A DNA stretch of 64,000 nt from Bdellovibrio sp. Its GTDB lineage: Bacteria > Bdellovibrionota > Bdellovibrionia > Bdellovibrionales > Bdellovibrionaceae. Below are positions 47,589-55,769 of the stretch, in pieces. The translations under genes were made by a program, and so were the position numbers. The number at the start of each line of letters is the position of its first letter. Within the stretch, counting starts at the first letter, position 1. The notes under the pieces were generated by a model, which saw only the letters and a list, made by a program, of their open reading frames with translations, searched no databases and was not told where the DNA came from. The DNA is taken from positions 992,001 through 1,056,000 of the forward strand of contig JAKFCY010000002.1 in the NCBI GenBank assembly GCA_036676395.1. Direction: 5' to 3'.

Positions 47589-48167
47589 ATGAAACCACAC
47601 TTTGTCGAAGCTTTTATGCTCGCTTTTACCCTATGTATTACAGGTTGCGCTTACAAACTTAGCAGCAAGGTTGATACGCTTCCGCAGAATGTGCGAGTGA
47701 TTTATGCGCCGTTGTTTAAAAACGTCTCTACCGAACCTGGTTTAGAGGTTTACTTTACCAATTCTATGAAACGCGAGCTTTTAAACTCGAAGGTAGTTAA
47801 ACTTGTTGATTCTGAATTAGTTTCAGATGCTGTTTTGTACGGAAGAGTGTCTAACGTTGAGATCGTTTCTGAAGAAGGGGCAATTGAGGCCAAAGACACG
47901 CAGTTTTTGCCTAAAAATACGATCTTAAGCACGACAACAAAAATTACGGTGACCGTGGATTTAAGACTTCAGCGCAAAAATTCTTCTGAAGTGTTGTGGA
48001 GCAGTCAATTTAAGCAGAGCAGAAACTACACACCGCCGCAGCTGACTTTGCCAGTCATTAATTCGGCGAACAATCTTTACAATCTATCGGCTCGCAGGCA
48101 GACTTTAGAAACTTTATCAGAAGAGATGATGCAGCTCGCATTTGACCGTCTGGTAGATAACTTTTAA
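47589..48167 (+). CDS. lptE: LPS assembly lipoprotein LptE
   Basis: ITGCAY lipobox, FKN...EPGLE; lies upstream of holA. Confidence 0.8.
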   Translation: MKPHFVEAFMLAFTLCITGCAYKLSSKVDTLPQNVRVIYAPLFKNVSTEPGLEVYFTNSMKRELLNSKVVKLVDSELVSDAVLYGRVSNVEIVSEEGAIEAKDTQFLPKNTILSTTTKITVTVDLRLQRKNSSEVLWSSQFKQSRNYTPPQLTLPVINSANNLYNLSARRQTLETLSEEMMQLAFDRLVDNF

Positions 48168-48191
48168 TACGTATATTTTTTAAAGTAGCTA

Positions 48192-49193
48192 ATGGCGATA
48201 ATTGATCAAAATAAATTTTATAAAGATTTAGAAACAGGAAATGTTGCTCCTGTTTATTTTATTTTTGGTGATGAGCCATTTCTGATCGATCAATGCGTGA
48301 ACCGTTTTAAATATGGTTTGTTAGACGAAAATTCTTTAGATTTTAATTATTCATTATTTTACGCAGGCGATGCCGATATCTTTGCGATTAAAGACACGGT
48401 TGAAACATTGCCGGTGTTTGCGCAACGTCGTGTGGTGATTTTAAAAAACTCGCACGAATTAAAAGACTCTGAGTGGAACGAATTAGAATCTGTTTTTAAA
48501 AATCCCGTTGATTCAACTTGTTTTGTTTTATTTGCCGATAAAATCGATAAACGCAAAAAACATTTTAAAAATGTTATGGATATCGCCTCATCTATAGAAT
48601 TTAAAAAACCCTACGATAATGAAATTCCCCGTTGGATTAATTACTATGCCTCTCAGTATGAACTTAAATTAACCCAAGCTGCAGTTCACAGGCTGCACCG
48701 TTTGGTGGGTAATAATTTATCTGAAATCTATGCGCAGTTAGAAAAAATCAAAGTTTATCTAGACGGTGCAACCCATGTTGAAGCCGAACATGTCAATGCT
48801 GTCGTGTCTAACAGTCGTGAAGAAAACGTTTTTGATTTTACTAAAGCCGTCGGGCAAAAAGATCGTGTTCGTGCGCTAGAACAAATCGTAAATTTATTAG
48901 ACCAGGGCCAAAGTGAAATCGGAATCGTGAATTTACTGGCTCGGCATATGAGAATTTTATTAACTGTGCGTACGGGTTTGGATCAGGGCATTGGCGGCGC
49001 AAAACTGGCCAATCTTGCGAATGTTTCACCTTATTTTGTTGATGAATATGCAGCCCAAGCTAAAGGCTGGCCAGTGCGTAAACTTGAAGATTCATTGGTT
49101 CTTCTTGGCGAAACAGATAAAGCTTTAAAATCATCGCCGTTATCAAGTCACATCTGGCTTGAAAACCTAGTTCTTAAATCATGTTCTATGTGA
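48192..49193 (+). CDS. holA: DNA polymerase III delta subunit
   Basis: VYFIFGDE.FL, TLPVFA.RRVV, LEKI, VFDF, D..LK. Confidence 0.92.
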   Translation: MAIIDQNKFYKDLETGNVAPVYFIFGDEPFLIDQCVNRFKYGLLDENSLDFNYSLFYAGDADIFAIKDTVETLPVFAQRRVVILKNSHELKDSEWNELESVFKNPVDSTCFVLFADKIDKRKKHFKNVMDIASSIEFKKPYDNEIPRWINYYASQYELKLTQAAVHRLHRLVGNNLSEIYAQLEKIKVYLDGATHVEAEHVNAVVSNSREENVFDFTKAVGQKDRVRALEQIVNLLDQGQSEIGIVNLLARHMRILLTVRTGLDQGIGGAKLANLANVSPYFVDEYAAQAKGWPVRKLEDSLVLLGETDKALKSSPLSSHIWLENLVLKSCSM

Positions 49194-49307
49194 CGGCAAA
49201 AACTGTCTCATTGTATATCTCTTGAATAGTTTTTAACCGCCAAAACCCATATATTGCTTAATGCGATGGAATCGATATCGCTATGAGACATCTCGAAGAG
49301 GTGTTTT

Positions 49308-49586
49308 ATGAAGATGACCCATATCCTTGCGGCTTTAACATTATTATTAGCTACGCTGACTTTTCACGTTGAAGCGTCTGCCACTTACTCTAAAAAAACC
49401 TTTAAGGGCCAAGTTATTGATGTCAATCAAGACGAAGAAGGTGCCTCGATAGTTGTAAAAGCAGCTAATGGTCTTACGCAATCTATATATGCGCCTCGCT
49501 CACGCGCTAATGATCAAATCGTTGAACGCGCCATTAAAGCTCGTGATACCAAAACTAATTTTACAATTTCAACTCAGAATTTATAA
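49308..49586 (+). CDS. small secreted OB-fold-like protein
   Basis: GAGG RBS, ASA signal peptide. Confidence 0.65.
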   Translation: MKMTHILAALTLLLATLTFHVEASATYSKKTFKGQVIDVNQDEEGASIVVKAANGLTQSIYAPRSRANDQIVERAIKARDTKTNFTISTQNL

Positions 49587-49598
49587 GAAGGCGCATTC

Positions 49599-51470
49599 AT
49601 GAAAACAATTAAATTAGCCCCGTTTATTTTAGGTATGGTTTTCTCAGCTCAGGCATTGGCTCAGGTAGTTCCAGCAGGATTAGCCGCAGTGCCTGCAAAT
49701 GTTATCACTCCGGTGGTATCTACTGTGGCCGTGCCGTTAACGAGTGAAACACTGGTTCTGCGCAGCCAAGGTGCTTTACTGCAGCATGTGTACTTAAATA
49801 AAGTAAACGAATTACTTATGTTAGCTGATGCTGAGGGTATGCAACGTGACTGGTTTGTGGATGACCAAGTTGCCAATTTATTAAATTCTTATGCACAGGC
49901 AAATAATGCAAACGAACTGCGTAAAGCGGCTTATAACGTTGTTTACAAAATGATGACGATTTTAAATCGCGGTTATGTTCAGCCAGAACAACTCGGCGAC
50001 AAAACTCTTATTAGTGTTGCAAAAATCAAAGGGTCGGCGAAAGGGTTGCCGGCATTGATTCAAAAAGAATTATTTCGTTTTGAAAAGGGTGAAATCTCTG
50101 CCGAGCAATTATTTGCAACGTTTCGCCCGAAAAATGCAAGTTATTCAAGATTATTATCAATGTATCAAAAAATTTCGACAATGTATAAAAACGGTCAGGT
50201 GTCAGATGCAGAAATTCCTGCTGCATTGACGGTAATTAAAAAAGGTTCAAAAGATACAGCTTCGATTAAATTTGCCCGTAAGCGTTTAGCTTTATTGGGT
50301 TACCCGAACAACGAACTTGATGCAGCCTACACTGACGACTTAAAACTTGCGATCGAACAGTTACAAGAAAATAATCTTTTATCTATTGATGGCGTTATCG
50401 GTAAAAATAGCTATGGTTTAATAACTACACCTATTGCGCAAATTATTACACGTTTAAAGATTAACTTAGACCGTTCTCGTTGGTTACCAGATGATTTAAG
50501 TTCTGAATTTGTTCACGTAAATTTAGCAGCACAGCGTTTTTTCTATTATAAAGATAACGCCATTGCTTTAACTTTCAGAACTATTAATGGAGCGAAAGAT
50601 CGTCCAACTCCAATTTTAACAAGTAAAATCACAACGATGATCTTAAACCCGACTTGGACAGTTGCGCCGACTCCTTATTTTAAAGATAAAACTAAAATGT
50701 TTTCAGGCTGGGGTGGGCTTGATGATGTGAATGAAAAACGTTACACATTTTTAGTTGAAAATCTAAAAATTATCGAAGAGTACAATCAGCAATACAAAAT
50801 GGCTACTGGCGAAGAATATCCTTTCATCGATGTTATCAGAAGATTTACGAACCCAATGGATAACACGATTAATGCCACGACAGAAAACTGGCCAGCTTTT
50901 ATGAAGCTATTTCAAGACGAAAAAGCAAGATTTGAAGCCACTGGTTTAAGACCAGATAAAACAGCCCGCGCTTTGCGTATCGTACAAAGACCGGGTGGTG
51001 AACAAAATGCATTAGGTTGGATTAAGTTTCCTCTTAACGGAACAAACAGCATTTATATGCATGATACTAACGATAGAAAGTTATTTGGCAATACTGACCG
51101 CATGTTGAGTTCTGGTTGTGTTCGTATGGAAAAACCTTGGGATTTAGCCATCATGTTACTTGGTGGTACTCGTGACCCATTAACTGGAGAATATCTTGGG
51201 GCGACGATTGATCCGTTAACTGGAATGTCTCATACAGTTGAGTCTTTACACGCCAGAACTATCACGCGTTTTCCGATTGCGGATAGACCAGATCCAAATT
51301 TAGACCTAGGTCGTTCAGTGCCAGTTTACTTTCTTTACGATACGGCGCACATCAATGACATTGGTCAGATGACATTAGTTAAAGATAACTACGGTATTGA
51401 TTTAGACATGTACAAGCTGATGATGGGAATTCCATTAGTGAGCACTGTAGAAGATCCAGCAGGAGAATAG
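49599..51470 (+). CDS. YcbB/LdtD-like L,D-transpeptidase with PG-binding domain
   Basis: DGVIG PG-binding motif, NLDRSRW, NPTW, NALG.IKF, YMHDT...SSGCVR. Confidence 0.9.
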   Translation: MKTIKLAPFILGMVFSAQALAQVVPAGLAAVPANVITPVVSTVAVPLTSETLVLRSQGALLQHVYLNKVNELLMLADAEGMQRDWFVDDQVANLLNSYAQANNANELRKAAYNVVYKMMTILNRGYVQPEQLGDKTLISVAKIKGSAKGLPALIQKELFRFEKGEISAEQLFATFRPKNASYSRLLSMYQKISTMYKNGQVSDAEIPAALTVIKKGSKDTASIKFARKRLALLGYPNNELDAAYTDDLKLAIEQLQENNLLSIDGVIGKNSYGLITTPIAQIITRLKINLDRSRWLPDDLSSEFVHVNLAAQRFFYYKDNAIALTFRTINGAKDRPTPILTSKITTMILNPTWTVAPTPYFKDKTKMFSGWGGLDDVNEKRYTFLVENLKIIEEYNQQYKMATGEEYPFIDVIRRFTNPMDNTINATTENWPAFMKLFQDEKARFEATGLRPDKTARALRIVQRPGGEQNALGWIKFPLNGTNSIYMHDTNDRKLFGNTDRMLSSGCVRMEKPWDLAIMLLGGTRDPLTGEYLGATIDPLTGMSHTVESLHARTITRFPIADRPDPNLDLGRSVPVYFLYDTAHINDIGQMTLVKDNYGIDLDMYKLMMGIPLVSTVEDPAGE

Positions 51471-51477
51471 TCATATC

Positions 51478-51942
51478 ATGAAAAATATTTTAATCGGTTT
51501 TTTCTTAATCAGCAGTACGTTAACAGCAAACGCCAACGATATCGCACAGAACGTAAATTCTGAGTTGGCTAAAGTAGAAACCGAAATGGATGCTTGTGGG
51601 GCTGTCATGCCGGTCAACAAGCTGATAGCCCTTGGTAAAAAAGATCGCTCAGGTTCAATCGTTGATTCTTTAATTGCAGCTTTAAAAAATGATAAGCTAG
51701 GTGCTTATTCTAAATCGGGTGCTGCAATGGCTTTGGGTCAAATCGGAGACGCACGTGCCATAACTGATTTACAAAAGTCAGCTGATACAGCCACAGACGC
51801 TATGTTAAAATCTATTTCTCAAGATGCTATTTCGTTAATTAAGGGCGAATTTAAAAGTGAAGGTAAAATTTATGTTTATTCATTCGCAATTAAAAAACTA
51901 AAAACTGATTGCGAATCAGGAATTTCAGAAATCGTTAAATAA
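51478..51942 (+). CDS. secreted HEAT-repeat protein
   Basis: ANA signal peptide; AAMALGQIGDARAI. Confidence 0.75.
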   Translation: MKNILIGFFLISSTLTANANDIAQNVNSELAKVETEMDACGAVMPVNKLIALGKKDRSGSIVDSLIAALKNDKLGAYSKSGAAMALGQIGDARAITDLQKSADTATDAMLKSISQDAISLIKGEFKSEGKIYVYSFAIKKLKTDCESGISEIVK

Positions 51943-52004
51943 TTGCTTAATTTTCGACGCTCTTGTTTTCGGTTTACACTTTTTTTGTAAACCGAAATAC
52001 AGAG

Positions 52005-52040
52005 TAAAAAAAAGCCAAGGTTTTATCCTTGGCTTTTTTA
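52005..52040. terminator. bidirectional intrinsic terminator
   Basis: A8-GCCAAGG/CCTTGGC-T6 between convergent genes. Confidence 0.85.
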
Positions 52041-52085
52041 TTTGTGAAACGCGCTGCTCCCGAAAAAGGGACGGCGTACCTAAAA

Positions 52086-53249
52086 TTATCTTTCAGAGAT
52101 CGGTTTTACATTGCGTTGTGGAGCGCCGATGTACTCAGATAACGGGCGGATAATTCTGTTATTCGCCGTTTGTTCCATAATGTGCGCTGACCAACCTGTA
52201 GTGCGCGCCATGACAAAAATTGGAGTAAAGAAATCGATTTCAAAGCCCATCATGAAGTAAGCAGGACCTGCTGGGAAATCTAAGTTAGGGTAGATTTTTT
52301 TCTTTTCGACCATGACTTTTTCTAAAGATGTGTACATCTTCATCCATTTTTGTTCGCCAGTGACATCAGCCATAACTTGCGCGTACTTTTTCATTGTCGG
52401 AACACGTGAATCCCCTGATTTGTAAACGCGGTGACCAAAGCCCATCACTTTACGTTTGTTTGCTAACGCGTCTAACATCCACTGTTCAGCTTTTTCTGCA
52501 TCTGCGATTTCGATCATCATGTGCATGACCATTTCATTGGCGCCGCCGTGTAAAGGGCCTTTTAAAGCGCCGATACCAGCAGTTGTTGCAGAATAAATGT
52601 CAGATTGAGTTGAAGTTACAACACGTGCTGTGAAAGTCGACGCATTGAAAGAATGCTCAGCGTATAATACTAAAGAGACGTCAAAAGCTTTAACTACTTT
52701 TGCATCTGGCACTTTGCCAAAACACATGTGAAAGAAGTTTTCTGCGATTGATAAATTAGGGTTTGGCGCAATAAAGTCTAAACCTTTTTTAAAACGGTAA
52801 TCAGCAGCAACCATAGTTGGGATTTTTGCTAATAAACGGATCGCTTTATCCATGTTTACAGCCGGAGATGCATCCCAGATTCTTTCGTCTTCACAACCTA
52901 AAAACGAAACACCTGTGCGGATAGAATCCATCGGGTGACACTTTTTAGGTAGAGCTTTGATAACATTTAAATTGTCTTTAGAAATATCACGTAATGATTT
53001 TTCTTTGGCAGAGAATTCAGCAAGCTGAGCTTTATTCGGCAGTTCGCCGTTATACATTAAGTACGCTACTTCTTCAAAAGAGCAGTTTTCAGCTAAATCT
53101 TGAACAGGGTAACCACGGTAGACTAATGAATTTGTCTCGGCATTTACTTTAGATACAGATGATGTATCCATAACAACGCCTTCAAGACCTTTTTTAACGT
53201 TCATTTTTTCTGGTTCAGCTACGTAATCCGGATTGATATATTCAGCCAT
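52086..53249 (-). CDS. prpC: 2-methylcitrate synthase
   Basis: YAEHSFNASTF, GPLHGGANE, GFGHRVY, PNLDF; in prp operon. Confidence 0.92.
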   Translation of the reverse strand: MAEYINPDYVAEPEKMNVKKGLEGVVMDTSSVSKVNAETNSLVYRGYPVQDLAENCSFEEVAYLMYNGELPNKAQLAEFSAKEKSLRDISKDNLNVIKALPKKCHPMDSIRTGVSFLGCEDERIWDASPAVNMDKAIRLLAKIPTMVAADYRFKKGLDFIAPNPNLSIAENFFHMCFGKVPDAKVVKAFDVSLVLYAEHSFNASTFTARVVTSTQSDIYSATTAGIGALKGPLHGGANEMVMHMMIEIADAEKAEQWMLDALANKRKVMGFGHRVYKSGDSRVPTMKKYAQVMADVTGEQKWMKMYTSLEKVMVEKKKIYPNLDFPAGPAYFMMGFEIDFFTPIFVMARTTGWSAHIMEQTANNRIIRPLSEYIGAPQRNVKPISER

Positions 53250-53277
53250 GGTTTCCTCTTTCTTTTATATTTTTTTA

Positions 53278-54180
53278 TTATGTGTTTAATTTAAAATTAA
53301 AAATCGATTGGTCAAACGAGTTGTACGCTTCGTAATTTGTTAGATCGTACAATTGTTGACGAGTTTGCATCATTGGAATTGCTTCTTCTTGAGAGCCAGT
53401 CTTTTTGATAATATCAAGACCTGCAGAAGTTGCACCCATGGCTAAACGTAAAGTTGTCACCGGATAGATCACCATGTTGTAACCCAGGTTTTCTAATTCA
53501 GTTTTAGAATATAATTTGCCTTTACCGAACTCAGTCATGTTCGCTAACAGGGGAACACTGATCGCTTTTCGCATCGCTTCGAATTCTTTTTCGTTTTGCA
53601 TAGCTTCTGGAAAAATCATCTCAGCACCGGCATCCACATAAGCTTTTGCGCGGTCGATGGCTTTATCTAAGCCTTCTGAAGCACGTGAATCTGTGCGCGC
53701 GATAATTAAAAAATTTGCATCTAATTTTTTACCGTTAACTGCAGCTCTGATTTTTTTAGTCATCTGTGAAGTTTCAACCACTGATTTATTATCAAGGTGG
53801 CCGCAGCGTTTTGGATTTTCTTGGTCTTCAAGATGGCAACCAGCCAGACCCATTTCGATAAATTCTTGGATCGTGCGGGTTACATTCATGGGTTCGCCCC
53901 AACCAGTATCTGCATCAATGATAGATGGTAATTTAGTTGTGCGTGCGATTTGGCGACCACGGTTTGCAACTTCTGTTAAAGTTGTCAAACCGATGTCTGG
54001 ATAGCCTAGATCATTTGATAGAACTGATCCCGAGATGTAAACACCGTCAAAACCTTTTTGTTCAATCATCATACTCGTCAGCGGAGAAAATGATCCAGGA
54101 AACTGTAAAAGTTTTCCCGTTTTTAATTGATCACGAAAATTCTTTCTTTTTTCAGCCGCTGTCAGAGTAGGAAACATCAT
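53278..54180 (-). CDS. prpB: 2-methylisocitrate lyase
   Basis: DADTG, EDQ..PKRCGH, IARTD, NMTEFG. Confidence 0.95.
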   Translation of the reverse strand: MMFPTLTAAEKRKNFRDQLKTGKLLQFPGSFSPLTSMMIEQKGFDGVYISGSVLSNDLGYPDIGLTTLTEVANRGRQIARTTKLPSIIDADTGWGEPMNVTRTIQEFIEMGLAGCHLEDQENPKRCGHLDNKSVVETSQMTKKIRAAVNGKKLDANFLIIARTDSRASEGLDKAIDRAKAYVDAGAEMIFPEAMQNEKEFEAMRKAISVPLLANMTEFGKGKLYSKTELENLGYNMVIYPVTTLRLAMGATSAGLDIIKKTGSQEEAIPMMQTRQQLYDLTNYEAYNSFDQSIFNFKLNT

Positions 54181-54206
54181 AATTAGCTCCATTCGCCTTC
54201 GGCGAA

Positions 54207-55715
54207 CTAGAAAATACCTTTTTGGTCGCGTTTGTTGTTGATTAATTTGTCGATTGGAATCTGAACGTTTAACTGTTGAACTTCAGCAGCGGTTAATTCA
54301 GGTAAGCGCTCGCATAAAGAAATGAAACGGTTACGTTCTTCTTTTGTGATCACTTCAGACGTTAACGTATCAAACTTGCGGATATAATCTGCGCGTTTGA
54401 ATGGTTTTGCTCCTGCAGGATGGGCGTTAGCTACGCCTAATTCATCAACGATTTTATCACCGTTGTTCATAGTGATTTCTACACGACCACCGAACATTTT
54501 TTTGTTTGGATCTTGGTCATGGTAAGCTTCAGTCCATTTTGCTTCTTCAGTCGTTGTGATTTTGTTCCATAAACGAACTGTGTCTGGGCGGTTAGCGCGC
54601 TCAGGAGCATAGCTGTCTACGTGGTGCCAAGTGCCATCTTGTAAAGCTACGGCGAAGATGTACATGATCGAGTGATCTAATGTTTCGCGAGACGCTTTAG
54701 GGTCCATTTTTTGTGGATCGTTAGCGCCTGTACCAATAACGTAATGTGTGTGATGAGACGTGTGGATCACAACAGATTTAACATCATCAAAGTTTGAAAT
54801 TTTAGTTTTCATACGCGAAGCTAAATCGATTAACGCCTGAGATTGGTATTCAGCCGAATGTTCTTTAGTGTAAGTTTCAAGGATAGCGCGTTTTTCTTCG
54901 CCAACTTCTGGAAGTGGTACAACGTATTTACCGTCTTTACCATCTAAGCAGTAAGCAATAACTGAATCTTCACCTTCATAAATCGGAGACGGCGCTCCTT
55001 CACCGCGCATTGTTCTATCAACTGCTTCGATAGCTAATTTACCAGCGTGAGCAGGTGCATAAGCTTTCCAAGAAGAGATTTCACCTTTACGAGATTGGCG
55101 AGTGGTAAATGACACGTGAACCGCTTGTTGAATTGCTTGAAACACAGTTTCAGTTGGTAAACCTAAAAGCGTACCGATGCCGCCAGCAGTAGCCGGGCAT
55201 AAATGCGCAATGTGATCTTTTTTATGTTTGTGTAAGCAAATTCCTTTGACTAGGTCTACGTGTAATTCATAACCAGCAACGATAGCTTTTAATAACTCTT
55301 TACCGTTTTTACCAGTTTGTTGAGCCACGGCTAAGATTGGTGGAATGTTATCACCTGGGTGAGAATAATCTGCGGCTAAGAAAGTATCATGGTAATCTAA
55401 TTCACGAACTGCAGTTCCGTTAGCCCAGGCTGCCCATTCACAAGAAAATTTTTGATCATTTGGCATTCCAAAAACTGTAGCACCACCAGCGCGTGGGTGC
55501 GCAAGCGCCATTGCGCGAGCTGAAGCTACCGGGTGACGGTTAGCGGCTGCGATAGCCACAGAAGCATTGTCGATAATGCGGTTAATAACCATGTCGATAA
55601 CGTCTTCTTTGATGGGAGCATTATCAGTACAGATTTCAGCCATTTTCCAAGCAAGTTGGTCACGGCGCTCAAGTTTTTCTTTAGATGGGTAAACGCGAAC
55701 GGTATGTTGACGCAT
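54207..55715 (-). CDS. prpD: 2-methylcitrate dehydratase
   Basis: RELDYHDTFLAADYSHPGDN, ISSWK, TLDHS. Confidence 0.93.
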   Translation of the reverse strand: MRQHTVRVYPSKEKLERRDQLAWKMAEICTDNAPIKEDVIDMVINRIIDNASVAIAAANRHPVASARAMALAHPRAGGATVFGMPNDQKFSCEWAAWANGTAVRELDYHDTFLAADYSHPGDNIPPILAVAQQTGKNGKELLKAIVAGYELHVDLVKGICLHKHKKDHIAHLCPATAGGIGTLLGLPTETVFQAIQQAVHVSFTTRQSRKGEISSWKAYAPAHAGKLAIEAVDRTMRGEGAPSPIYEGEDSVIAYCLDGKDGKYVVPLPEVGEEKRAILETYTKEHSAEYQSQALIDLASRMKTKISNFDDVKSVVIHTSHHTHYVIGTGANDPQKMDPKASRETLDHSIMYIFAVALQDGTWHHVDSYAPERANRPDTVRLWNKITTTEEAKWTEAYHDQDPNKKMFGGRVEITMNNGDKIVDELGVANAHPAGAKPFKRADYIRKFDTLTSEVITKEERNRFISLCERLPELTAAEVQQLNVQIPIDKLINNKRDQKGIF

Positions 55716-55769
55716 GTCAGTCTCCTATAAATTACTTTTTCAGTAGTTAAACAACCCTGAAAAATTAAC

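Noticed and set aside
47589..49193. lptE-holA without leuS upstream
   Set aside because: Ordinary gene-order variation.
51962..52080. Three consecutive hairpins as a possible sRNA or repeat element
   Set aside because: Adequately explained as terminators between convergent operons; no second copy in the window.
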